Below are positions 28,861 through 37,596 of a stretch of 48,598 bases of DNA, in pieces; positions within the stretch are counted from its first letter, which is position 1; each line of letters begins with the position of its first letter. The stretch is taken from NCBI GenBank assembly GCA_046313675.1, contig JBKBXU010000001.1, forward strand, positions 1-48,598, in the 5' to 3' direction. Below the pieces are notes generated by a model. That model saw only the letters and a program-made list of their open reading frames with translations, was not told the DNA's origin and searched no databases. The position numbers and the translations under genes are program-made. Origin of the DNA: Cytophagaceae bacterium (GTDB taxonomy: Bacteria; Bacteroidota; Bacteroidia; Cytophagales; Cytophagaceae).

Positions 28861-29643
28861 TTATTTTCTCCCCTTTATTTCCTTATATTCCGAATGCAAG
28901 CTTACTAATCGTTCAAAAGCGCTTAATACCTCCTCCGGAATTTGTACATGAACAATGAAGTTTTTCCCATTGGGTCCATATCCATTTTTGTCATCTTTTA
29001 GTCGTGGTATTTCACCTAATATTAAATCTAAAAATCTTTCATATGAAAACTGCTCATTCATTTTATTGTTTTGAAATTTCAGGTTTTCATTGAGTAAAGG
29101 GATATATGGGGCATAGCTTATGAACAAAGTTTTTTCATTTTCCCATTCTTTTAGAAAAGAAGCATGGGTTCGCTGTTGCAACGTTGGATCCTGAATCAGT
29201 ATCACTGACTCGGGCGCCAGATCCTTTTCTTTCAATACGAGAAGTGACTCTCGAGCGTTCGATCCACAATTGGTTGACTCAATTTCCAGGATTAGTTGAT
29301 TCTTCAGGCTTTTATCATGATACAGAATTACCTGTTCCAGGATTTCTGCTTCTGATTTGCCAGTTACGAATAAGTTTTTAAATCTTTCGTCTTTCTGAAT
29401 GTTTTCAATCAGGTACTTTGTGGAATGTCCGATTCCTCCGGAAATCATCAGGTGTTTTCCCAAGCCATCCTTCAATGCTTGCGCCGCAAGTTCGGCTGTA
29501 TAAGTATTGCTGTTCCCCAACAGCATGATCATGTCTGCCTGTTTGATGCGGTACTTTGTAAACAGCTCTTCACTGCTTAAGCAGGGTACGTCTCTTCTGG
29601 AGAGAAAGCTTGTTATGGAATTAATTTCTTTATACATAATCAC
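28861..29643 (-). CDS. YdcF/DUF218-family protein
   Basis: ADMIMLLGNS...LMISGGIGHSTKYL...ESTNCGSNA fits the DUF218 (ElyC/SanA/YdcF) Rossmann-like pattern. Confidence 0.55.
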   Translation of the reverse strand: MIMYKEINSITSFLSRRDVPCLSSEELFTKYRIKQADMIMLLGNSNTYTAELAAQALKDGLGKHLMISGGIGHSTKYLIENIQKDERFKNLFVTGKSEAEILEQVILYHDKSLKNQLILEIESTNCGSNARESLLVLKEKDLAPESVILIQDPTLQQRTHASFLKEWENEKTLFISYAPYIPLLNENLKFQNNKMNEQFSYERFLDLILGEIPRLKDDKNGYGPNGKNFIVHVQIPEEVLSAFERLVSLHSEYKEIKGRK

Positions 29644-29790
29644 CCTAATCTGTTACAAAATACTTGCTGGAAAAATTTTGATATATAATAACATAAATAT
29701 ACATACAGCTGTGCTAACCTTGTAAAATAAATCCCATAATAGTACCTGATGTTTCCGCCTTTTTCTTTATATTGATAGAAAAAAACTGAA

Positions 29791-30252
29791 ATGAAAACCT
29801 ATAAATTAAATCCGGTGTATCTGGTAATTGCATTATTACTAACAAGCACCTCTTTGTTTGCCCAGCAGGACCAGGAAGAAATCTTTGATGAAATTTCTGA
29901 AAATGTCCAGGCAATTAACACCCGCTATGAGCGCATCAATACCAGCAAGAATGTTAATTACAAGCAATATGCCGGTGGATTAGACAGCCTTTATAACAAC
30001 ATTCAGCAGCAATATGCACTGCTTCAGAAGAAACAAAATCCTAAAGAGAAGGAACTGGTAAAAGCAAATAAACAAGCCCTGGACAAGATCTATGAAAATG
30101 CTTCCAAGCATCTGGATGGGATTAAAGCGGAAGCCAACAAACCTAAGCCAAATGAAATGAAAATTAAGCAGTTGTCAAAGCTGTTTGTAAGTCAACTCCA
30201 GGAAGCTCAGGTACAAAATACAGACGCCCGCAAAAAACTCGGGAAGAAGTAA
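29791..30252 (+). CDS. Hypothetical secreted coiled-coil protein
   Basis: Signal peptide (LVIALLLTSTSLFAQ) followed by K/Q/E-rich helical sequence. Confidence 0.55.
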   Translation: MKTYKLNPVYLVIALLLTSTSLFAQQDQEEIFDEISENVQAINTRYERINTSKNVNYKQYAGGLDSLYNNIQQQYALLQKKQNPKEKELVKANKQALDKIYENASKHLDGIKAEANKPKPNEMKIKQLSKLFVSQLQEAQVQNTDARKKLGKK

Positions 30253-30260
30253 TTGTCATC

Positions 30261-30300
30261 AACCCCGGAAGTCCTCAAGCTTTCCGGGGTTATGTTTTTT
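30261..30300 (+). terminator. Rho-independent terminator
   Basis: AACCCCGGAA (30261-30270) pairs with TTCCGGGGTT (30282-30291). ATGTTTTTT follows. Confidence 0.8.
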
Positions 30301-30502
30301 GATAGCCACACTATAAAGCCTTTCTGAATTGTTTTTTTATCACTAAATATATTCAGACAGCAGGATCTTGAAGAGCTGAGTATCCCTTCCTTTAACATGG
30401 AGGTGTCCCTTAAAGTGTTGCTGTTGCCTATCCCGATCATAGGAAAGAGTCGTCCAGAGCAGCACATGAAAGGTTTAAGGGTGGGTGACAATGGATCTAA
30501 AA

Positions 30503-31252
30503 TTAAAAATCAGGCTTAGAGGGATTATTCAGTTTGGCCTGCCTTGTTAAATTGTAGTTTATCCCTAAAGAAAGGTTAACTCCGGAAGCATAGGACCATA
30601 CCCTGGCTCGGTAGGTATGCTCAGGTTGTGCATGGAAATAATATTGAATGGAAGACTCTGAAAACTTCGCAAGGCCCTGCATATAAAAGATGCTTAAATT
30701 GTATTCCAACCTTTTCTTTGGACCGGAATAGGTAAGACGGCTTCCGAATTCCAAAGAGAAAGAAATTCCGGGTAAGCTTTCCTGGTAATATGAGATGGTA
30801 GCTGAATCCTGCCTGCTATGCATGTAATTTGTCAGGGTGGTGTTGGAACTTTGGTTGGAAGGTCCTTTAAAATGTCCTCTAATGCCGATGTATGGCTTCC
30901 AGCTAAAATTGTTAAAGGAAATGTTTCCCATAATTCTAAATGGAATATCCCGTGAAGCGTATCCAGTGGTAATAAAGCTTACTTCATTAAATGCTGAATA
31001 TCGGTAAGAAATAAATTTTACGTAGCCAACTTCCCATATCAGGTTTTCTGAAATGTTTCCTCCTAAACGTAAACCGGGAGAGAATTGGATTCGGTTGTAT
31101 TGGTCGTGCCTTATGTCGATGTAGTTGCCGGGGTCATCTACCTGAAAAAGGCCATAATGGAAATTCGCTTCCAGGCCGAAATATAAACCATTTTGCGGAA
31201 AGGCTTTTAAGCTTAAAAATAGAAATATGAGTAGTAGATAAGGTTTATTCAT
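30503..31252 (-). CDS. Outer-membrane beta-barrel protein (porin-family-like)
   Basis: Signal peptide MNKPYLLLIFLFLSLKAFPQ, alternating beta-strand pattern, C-terminal aromatic residue (..PSKPDF). Confidence 0.65.
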   Translation of the reverse strand: MNKPYLLLIFLFLSLKAFPQNGLYFGLEANFHYGLFQVDDPGNYIDIRHDQYNRIQFSPGLRLGGNISENLIWEVGYVKFISYRYSAFNEVSFITTGYASRDIPFRIMGNISFNNFSWKPYIGIRGHFKGPSNQSSNTTLTNYMHSRQDSATISYYQESLPGISFSLEFGSRLTYSGPKKRLEYNLSIFYMQGLAKFSESSIQYYFHAQPEHTYRARVWSYASGVNLSLGINYNLTRQAKLNNPSKPDF

Positions 31253-31586
31253 TCTTATATTGGTTAAACTGTAGTTTATCCTGACGGCTACGTACCAAAG
31301 GCAAATTCAGGGCAAGTGATATGGAAAGATTAGAACCTCTGGTGCTAAGTGTTTTGGTAATAATACTTCCGTTTTCAATATAAGCGGGTATAATGTAGTT
31401 GTGCATTCTGTAGCCCCTGGTCATGCTTACCATCATGATAAGTTTTCGATCTTTTCTTAAGTCTCGTTCAATTCCGACACCTATAGCAATAGCTGGGTTT
31501 AATGTGCGTAAAGTTTCTAATTGGGGTGAAAGGGAATCTTCCTCATGTAATCTGCCACCATTTCCCGAAGTTCTGAGAAATGCCAA
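31245..31586 (-). pseudogene. 5'-truncated paralogue of the adjacent OM beta-barrel gene
   Basis: Only a TTG can start it, and the frame is closed by TAA just upstream. It has no signal peptide. Its C-terminal strands (RGSNLSISLALNLPLVRSRQDKL) parallel the neighbour (SGVNLSLGINYNLTRQAKL). It abuts the REP/RAYT repeat region. Confidence 0.45.
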
Positions 31587-31804
31587 ACCACCCTCCGAAA
31601 AATGAAGGTGTAATGATATTTATAAAATATTTTATCTGCAATTATTTTATGGTTTTTTTGGAATAAGTAATATTTATTGGGTATGGTTGAAAAAAGTAAG
31701 ATCTAGAAATATAGAAAGTGCTTGCTAATTTTTCTGGTATGCCGTAAAGATCTAAAGCCTGAAAAGGCTGTCATTATCTTTGAGATATAACAGAGTTACG
31801 TTGG

Positions 31805-32069
31805 AATTAGCTAGCCGCTGAGGTTAAGCTAACGCTGGAAGGGATCAAAACCCTTCCAGCGATTCCAGCGCTGGAATGAAATGCGTTCATCAATTTTTTA
31901 AGGATCAGAGCATTAAAACCAATATATATATTTGGTGTCTTTTTATATGAGATAAGGATCTAAAAAGAATATTGTAGCTGTTTTTTTTAGAATCGTAGAA
32001 AAAAACCAGCCTGCCAAGGTTAAAGCTGCCGCTGGAAGGGTTCAAAACCCCTTCCAGCGTTGGATAGAA
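31805..32069 (+). repeat. Composite repeat unit 1 (REP type A hairpin + conserved AT-rich core + REP type B hairpin)
   Basis: Type A: CGCTGGAAGGG-ATCAAAA-CCCTTCCAGCG (31833-31861), followed by the 16-nt perfect palindrome ATTCCAGCGCTGGAAT (31862-31877). Type B: CGCTGGAAGGG-TTCAAAAC-CCCTTCCAGCG (32030-32059). Confidence 0.85.
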
Positions 32070-32185
32070 GAAACCTATTTATCAATTACTCTGGATCCAG
32101 GTCTTAAGGACATCAGCATTCTATTGGTATGGTTTTTTAAGGGATGGTCGTATAAGATTTATTGCCATTTCCATAGTGACAATGA

Positions 32186-32447
32186 AATTAGCTAGCCGCC
32201 GAGGTTAAGCTAACGCTGGAAGGGATCAAAACCCTTCCAGCGATTCCAGCGTTGGAATGAAATAAGATTATAAGTTTCTAATAATCAGAGCATTAAAATC
32301 AATATATATTTGGTGTCTTTTTATATGAGATAAGAATCTAAAAAGAATATTGTAGCTGTTTTTTTTAGAATCGTAGAGGAAAACCAGCCTGCCGAGGTTA
32401 AAGCTGCCGCTGGAAGGGTTCAAAACCCCTTCCAGCGTTGGATAGAA
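32186..32447 (+). repeat. Composite repeat unit 2 (near-identical direct copy of unit 1)
   Basis: Type A hairpin 32214-32242 plus ATTCCAGCGTTGGAAT (32243-32258). Type B hairpin 32408-32437. It is collinear with unit 1 at an offset of 381 to 378 bp, with a few substitutions and indels. A 116-bp unique spacer separates the units. Confidence 0.85.
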
Positions 32448-32541
32448 ACAAGTTAACAGAATTTCTGATATTTTTTCATTAAATGTATTGCTGGTTATAG
32501 TAACCATTTTATATTTAGTTTATTCAACTAATTTTCCAGCA

Positions 32542-33153
32542 ATGACTAAAACCAGAATTCCTCTTGAACCAGATGAGGTTTATCATGTTTGGACACATGC
32601 CAATGGTTCTGAAAATCTTTTTCGTACCGATGAAAACTTCCGGTATTTTTTAGAAAAGTATAGCCTATATCTACATTCGGTTGTAGAAACCTTTGCTTAT
32701 TGTCTGATGCCTAATCACCTTCACCTTATGGTAAAAGTGCGATCAGAACAAGAATTGCGATCTCTTCCAAAATTCAAGACCTTAAAAGAGCCAGAGTTTC
32801 CTAAAGCTGTTAGCCTTAGGTTTTCACATTTGTTTAATTGTTATACACAGTCATATAATCGGAAATATGAGCGAAAAGGAAGTTTATTTATAGATAGTTT
32901 TCACCGGAAGAAAATAAATTCGGATGAATACTTTACTTCTCTAATTGCATATATTCACAATAATCCAATTCACCATGGCTTTGTAAAAGATTTAAATGAC
33001 TGGCCTTACTCCTCCTGGCATGCGTATTTATCCGATAAACATACCAGGATAAATAGAAAAGAAGCTCTTGAGTGGTTTGGAGGCAAAGAAACGTTTATCA
33101 AAACTCACCAGGATCTAAAGCCTGAAAAGTTTGCTAATATCTTTGAGATATAA
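32542..33153 (+). CDS. REP-associated tyrosine transposase (RAYT; IS200/IS605-like Y1 HUH transposase family)
   Basis: HUH motif in CLMPNHLHLMVKV and catalytic Tyr context YIHNNPIHHGFV..DWPYSSW. Size is ~200 aa. It is flanked by REP hairpins. The ORF track starts at a TTG (32488), but the ATG at 32542 (MTKTRIPLEPDEVYHVW) is the likelier start. Confidence 0.8.
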   Translation: MTKTRIPLEPDEVYHVWTHANGSENLFRTDENFRYFLEKYSLYLHSVVETFAYCLMPNHLHLMVKVRSEQELRSLPKFKTLKEPEFPKAVSLRFSHLFNCYTQSYNRKYERKGSLFIDSFHRKKINSDEYFTSLIAYIHNNPIHHGFVKDLNDWPYSSWHAYLSDKHTRINRKEALEWFGGKETFIKTHQDLKPEKFANIFEI

Positions 33154-33224
33154 CAGAGTTACGTTGGAATTAGCTAGCCGCTGAGGTTAAGCTAACGCTG
33201 GAAGGGGTCAAAACCCTTCCAGCG
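33154..33224 (+). repeat. REP type A copy 3, immediately 3' of the RAYT stop
   Basis: CAGAGTTACGTTGGAATTAGCTAGCCGCTGAGGTTAAGCTAA, then hairpin CGCTGGAAGGG-GTCAAAA-CCCTTCCAGCG (33196-33224). Confidence 0.85.
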
Positions 33225-33364
33225 GTTCCTCGTGGATATAAGGTTATTGCTTCATCATATGCTCCTTGCCTGAATTTCACATCAGCAGGTTCTGAATAGT
33301 CAATAATTTGAGCTTGGCAAATGGTGGTGATAAATAAGAATGATATATACAGATATATTTCAGA

Positions 33365-34033
33365 TTACTCTTTGCCTGGTTTGTCACCTATGATTACCCA
33401 ACTTTTCAATACATGTTTTTCCCCATTGAATTCAATCGGAGGGTCTGATTGTTCTTTTATAGTTACGTTTTCAAAGCCTGCTTTTTCCAGAAGGTCAATA
33501 GCATCTTGCTGTTCATAAAGTGTAAAACCGAATTTCGTGGCAGGTATTTTTTCTGCTTCTTTTTTGGGGCGTATGCCTATAAAAACACGGTGCCCGGGTT
33601 TCAACACCCTCAATATTTCCTTAGCATTCTCCAATGGATCAGGCCAGAAATAAAGCGTATTAATTGTACAAATTGCATCAAAGGTATCATTACCAAAGGG
33701 GAGTGATTCTACACTTGCGTGCAATAATTCTATATCGCCCCTATCTATATGTTCCTTTAATATTTCTTGTCCTTCCTCAACCATATCCATAGAAAAATCT
33801 ATGCCTGTAAGTTTAATGTTGCTCGCTTTGTTGAGCAGCTCAGGCATAAGGCGGCCATTTCCAAAGCCAATTTCAAGAATGTGCTGCCCGTCCTCAGGAT
33901 TAATAGTTGCATAGGTAAACCCCGTAATATAACGGTTGGTATTATTGAGCATTTCAGCTACTTTTCGTCCATATTCCCCTTCTGGTTTTCTAAGGTTGGC
34001 GGCAAGTTCTTTAGGGTCTGTTTTTTGTGTCAT
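33365..34033 (-). CDS. Class I SAM-dependent methyltransferase
   Basis: Motif I ILEIGFGNGRL, post-I LTGIDFS, and FDAICTINTLYFW (Methyltransf_11-like). Confidence 0.8.
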   Translation of the reverse strand: MTQKTDPKELAANLRKPEGEYGRKVAEMLNNTNRYITGFTYATINPEDGQHILEIGFGNGRLMPELLNKASNIKLTGIDFSMDMVEEGQEILKEHIDRGDIELLHASVESLPFGNDTFDAICTINTLYFWPDPLENAKEILRVLKPGHRVFIGIRPKKEAEKIPATKFGFTLYEQQDAIDLLEKAGFENVTIKEQSDPPIEFNGEKHVLKSWVIIGDKPGKE

Positions 34034-34701
34034 ACATCAAGAAGGTCAAAAATAATTTTTCCAAAAAATACAACAGGAGCCACAATGATGCCTATTATAA
34101 AGATATTTTTTCCATCTTTTCTATTCTCCTCATTATAAACATACACCTTTTCTCCCGTGGGCAAGGTTTTTTTTAATGTCCATAAATAATATCCTATAAA
34201 TATGCCAATTATTCCGCCAGCGACAGCAAGTAAATAGCCTATAATAATCCATTGATTTTGAAGGTTCTCAGGCTTGGATAGATCCTCAAGTCGTTTCTTT
34301 CGCAGCCCTTCAAGTTCTTCCGGCGTGATCTTTTGCCCTCTTCCCGCAAGGATTTTTTGAGCCAGTTTATAATCAAAAGCGCTCCATTCGTCTTTTTTTA
34401 AAAGTATCTCATACAATTCTTCATTTGAAAAACTGAACAGATAATGATTTTTATCCAGATCAGCTAAAGGTATTTCTGATTCTGATTCCAAAAGTTTATT
34501 CGCTTTTTCAAAATCCTCCTGCTTAATCTTTAGCTGCACCTCGTTTTGTGAAGTATTTGCTGAAAATGTTATATCTACGGCTGCTGAATTGTCTTCAAGT
34601 ATATACTCAATCCCTATTTCATGGAGTCTCTCGGCCATAGATTTTGCTGAAAAAGGATCTGGGAATCGTTTAAAAACGGAATATGTGTTTTGCTCCTTCA
34701 T
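34030..34701 (-). CDS. Hypothetical membrane protein with N-terminal DUF2007-like domain (tentative)
   Basis: N-terminal soluble alpha/beta-like region (SAKSMAERLHEIGIEYILED), then two C-terminal TM helices. It overlaps the methyltransferase start by 4 nt. Confidence 0.4.
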   Translation of the reverse strand: MKEQNTYSVFKRFPDPFSAKSMAERLHEIGIEYILEDNSAAVDITFSANTSQNEVQLKIKQEDFEKANKLLESESEIPLADLDKNHYLFSFSNEELYEILLKKDEWSAFDYKLAQKILAGRGQKITPEELEGLRKKRLEDLSKPENLQNQWIIIGYLLAVAGGIIGIFIGYYLWTLKKTLPTGEKVYVYNEENRKDGKNIFIIGIIVAPVVFFGKIIFDLLDV

Positions 34702-34852
34702 AAAAAACAGGCTTGCCTGGACTTATTGGCTTTACGTAAAGTACTATTTGTTTTTATAATTCTCATAATAGTAAAAATATTTGCTAATTTTACCTATTAT
34801 AACTAAATATATTTTCTTGATATATATTGCAAACTAATTAAACCTAAATATC

Positions 34853-35467
34853 ATGAAACCAACACCTTTCTTTATTCTTTTTGCTATTATTTTCCTTCAG
34901 AGCGCCTCGGTTTTCGGACAAAAAATTACAGTAGTTTCCGGAGACTTAAAAGCAATAAAGGGATTGAAAAAACTTAATATTGAGTATGATTACAGTAATA
35001 TGAGTGTTGGTAAGTATGACAAAGAAGAGGACTATGTTAATGAGAAAGTGGCAGAAAAGAATGAGGCGAATCCCGGAAAAGGCGATGAATGGAAGGGAAA
35101 ATGGATAGGTGACAGAGAAAAAAGATTCCAGCCTAAATTTGAAGAGCTTTTTAAAAAATATCTTAAAGCGGACATTTCTATAGGACAGTTTGATGATGCA
35201 GATTATACCATGGTTCTAAGAACTACCCATACAGAACCTGGGTTTAATATAGGCATGGGTATAATAAGGAAGGTTGCACATACAAATTTGGAAGCTGTGT
35301 TCTATAAAAAAGGAAGTAACTCTCCGGTACTAGTTATATCTATTTATAGGTCTCCGGGTGAAGATGCAATGGGTTATGATTTTGATAGGGCACATAGAAT
35401 CCAGGAGTCTTATGCGAAAGCAGGAAAATCCCTGGGTAAATTTATAACTAATAAATGCCTTAAATAA
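34853..35467 (+). CDS. Hypothetical secreted protein
   Basis: Signal peptide MKPTPFFILFAIIFLQSASVFGQ. No family recognised. Confidence 0.55.
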   Translation: MKPTPFFILFAIIFLQSASVFGQKITVVSGDLKAIKGLKKLNIEYDYSNMSVGKYDKEEDYVNEKVAEKNEANPGKGDEWKGKWIGDREKRFQPKFEELFKKYLKADISIGQFDDADYTMVLRTTHTEPGFNIGMGIIRKVAHTNLEAVFYKKGSNSPVLVISIYRSPGEDAMGYDFDRAHRIQESYAKAGKSLGKFITNKCLK

Positions 35468-35484
35468 AATATACAATAGATTAG

Positions 35485-35517
35485 AAAAGGCCACTAGTTT
35501 TTACGTGGCTTTTTTTG
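35485..35517. terminator. Bidirectional terminator hairpin between convergent genes
   Basis: AAAAGGCCAC (35485-35494) pairs with GTGGCTTTTT (35505-35514). A-run upstream, T-run downstream. Confidence 0.75.
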
Positions 35518-35530
35518 CCAAAATTTGTTG

Positions 35531-36121
35531 TTAATCTCTACTAACTTTGTCACCTCTTACCAGCCGAACACTTATGCCAAATTCATGCCCTTTCCACGGA
35601 CCTGAAGCCATTTGTTTGCCGCGACTGCCTGAAGTGGCAAAACCATCAATAAAACTAATGTAGCTGGCGGTGTTTTTATTGGGGGTGGTAGCACTCCAGA
35701 ATGCGTAAGGCCCTTTCCCCCATATGCAGATGGTGTCTGCTTGAAGAAACCTTTGCCGGTATATATCACGATCTTTTTCGTTTGAGTTTATAGTGCGGTA
35801 TTCAGATATATCAGGAACTCGCCAGTCATTACAACCTGCGTAGGGTTGTAAGTTTATTTCTTCCTCCCATTCAAAAACTTCATTCCAATCTCTTAGAAAT
35901 CTATTTTTAATATAGCTGAAATCTTCTTTCATCCAAACGAGACCTGTAGATGTATCTACCACAATTAAAGTAGAATCAATGCTAATCTCAGGCAATAAAT
36001 GCACCGTATCTTTTATCTCAGATAATGATTCGATTGGAGCTCTTTGAGTATCCGTGTCTTTTGATGATTCACAGGAAAGGCTGAGGAATAGAGTCGTTTA
36101 AATTATAAATTCTTTGTTCAT
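35531..36121 (-). pseudogene. DUF1566 (Lcl C-terminal domain) lipoprotein with an in-frame TAA in the signal peptide
   Basis: ATG at 36121-36119 overlaps the upstream stop (TAATG). The frame reads MNKEFII-TAA-TTLFLSLSCESSKDTDTQ.. and continues in frame into ORF 35531..36004, which contains GLVWMKEDFS...NDWRVPDISEY (DUF1566 pattern). The TAA is at 36098-36100. Confidence 0.6.
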
Positions 36122-36879
36122 TATTTTTTAAGAATCATATTAGATGGGTTTGAGCATTTTTTACCGATGCAATTGATGTCAAATTTATATGAAGTATAGT
36201 TTTGTACTTCCCTGTCCTCAAATGTGAGGTTTAATAAGAGACTATTATCTGACTTTACTATTGATTTTTTTCTATATCGTCTGATTTCAATATTAGTTCT
36301 TGCTTTGTTCCACAGCCTGAACTCATTGATTTCTCCACTGAAAAAGGACAAATAGTCTCCGCTTAGTTTTCTGTAAGAGCCAATTAAAATGGGTGCTTCT
36401 GTATCGTTTAATTTCTCAATATTTCCAAGTTTATCTGCCTTTTGAATCTTTCCGTTCACAAATAATCTTACTTCTCCATTGATGAAAGTCACAGCTACGG
36501 ATGTCCATCTGTTTTTCTTGATGACTTCCCTGGTAGTTATGACGGAAGCGTGGTAATCACAATGCCCTATTTCAGTCCACACAAAAGTAAGCTTACCATC
36601 TCGTATACCAAAGTGATAGGAGCCTCCCCTCCCCAGACACCAATGCTTGTTGGCGATAGCTACATATCCTTCCGTGTCAGAAACCCTGATGTGGGCTTCA
36701 ATGGTTAACTCATTTCCGGTATTTAACAGGCCGCCGCCATTTTCCTGAATGAACAGATACTCATTTTCACCATTTAGGTGGAGTGCGTATTGACCTTTTT
36801 GAGAAAGAGTCTGAGCGTACAGGTTGCAAGATAGCAACAGGAGAAGGAGGGAAATTATGTGTTTCATAATGTAATGCAT
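36121..36879 (-). CDS. Secreted LamG / concanavalin-A-like lectin domain protein
   Basis: Signal peptide (MKHIISLLLLLLSCNLYAQ). Laminin_G_3 pattern: LTIEAHIRV...WTSVAVTFINGEVRLFVNGK...PILIGS...FSGEINEFRLWNKARTNIEI. An alternative ATG lies at 36867. Confidence 0.7.
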   Translation of the reverse strand: MHYIMKHIISLLLLLLSCNLYAQTLSQKGQYALHLNGENEYLFIQENGGGLLNTGNELTIEAHIRVSDTEGYVAIANKHWCLGRGGSYHFGIRDGKLTFVWTEIGHCDYHASVITTREVIKKNRWTSVAVTFINGEVRLFVNGKIQKADKLGNIEKLNDTEAPILIGSYRKLSGDYLSFFSGEINEFRLWNKARTNIEIRRYRKKSIVKSDNSLLLNLTFEDREVQNYTSYKFDINCIGKKCSNPSNMILKK

Positions 36880-36894
36880 GTTCAGATCAATTGA

Positions 36895-37479
36895 TCATTT
36901 TAAAAATTTAAATCCTCCATATAAAATTGCCACAAATAGTGCGGGAAGTGCGTAATTGAGGACGGCATACATCATTGAAAACTTCTGGACTTTTGTGAGT
37001 CCGATCAATAAAATACGAACAGAAAATATCCATGTGATGATGTTTAAGATAGCGGCTGAAGTATTAAAGGATATCCAGGGATACAATAAGGGAAATAAAT
37101 CCAGTGTCCATAAAATTATATAAGGAATAAAGGAGAGGCTTATTATTAATCTTACTTCCTGATATGTGCTCTCTCCTTTCCAAAGTTTGCCTATTCCATA
37201 AATTATGGCAGGATAAATTACACTTACCATAAGAAGGATGCCTGCGAAAACGAATATTCCGGTCACGATGGTAAAGGCTAATTCTTCCTGAGATTTTAGT
37301 GCACTTGTTATACCACCACTTAAAGAAAGTATTAAATATGGGATAAGAAAGTTGTATTTTACCTCACCCGCTAAAATGGCGTTGATGGTTTTGGAAGGGT
37401 TAAACCAAATTGAAAAGTATGGATTTGGTTTGCCCTGGTCAATTGATTCTTTAGTTACCTCGTTGATTACCCTGCTCAT
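36895..37479 (-). CDS. Yip1-like integral membrane protein (about 5 TM)
   Basis: A short soluble N-terminus (NPYFSIWFNPSKTI) is followed by five hydrophobic helices, an organisation like Yip1-domain proteins. Confidence 0.45.
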   Translation of the reverse strand: MSRVINEVTKESIDQGKPNPYFSIWFNPSKTINAILAGEVKYNFLIPYLILSLSGGITSALKSQEELAFTIVTGIFVFAGILLMVSVIYPAIIYGIGKLWKGESTYQEVRLIISLSFIPYIILWTLDLFPLLYPWISFNTSAAILNIITWIFSVRILLIGLTKVQKFSMMYAVLNYALPALFVAILYGGFKFLK

Positions 37480-37596
37480 GGCATTTTTGCGCTAATAATA
37501 AGATTTGCTAATATAATTAGATTTAGAGTTAGGAATGACTTATTTTTTTGTTGGAGCAATAAAATCTATGTGAAATTGAATTAAATACCAGGCATG

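Larger units (their letters stand above)
31749..33224 (+). mobile_element. REP/RAYT locus: Y1 (HUH) REP-associated tyrosine transposase with flanking hairpin-repeat clusters
   Basis: See the component features. The last ~42 nt of the RAYT gene plus the following REP hairpin (33112-33224) are duplicated 1363 bp upstream (31749-31861). Confidence 0.75.

Noticed and set aside
31805-32447. Possible CRISPR array, because of repeated hairpin-forming sequences
   Set aside because: There are only two composite units of ~265 bp plus one partial copy. The repeats are not short uniform direct repeats with similar-sized unique spacers. No cas genes are present, and an HUH/Y1 transposase sits in the array, so REP/RAYT is the better explanation.
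32268-32507. 79-aa minus-strand ORF between the repeat units and the RAYT gene
   Set aside because: It is composed of the reverse complement of composite repeat unit 2. The homologous stretch of unit 1 is not maintained as an ORF. It is an artefact of the repeat.
36098-36100. In-frame TAA codons (here and at 27470-27472) as evidence for stop-codon reassignment
   Set aside because: TAA clearly terminates well-conserved genes at their expected ends in this window (sdhC, sdhA, bglX and the RAYT gene), so the standard code applies.
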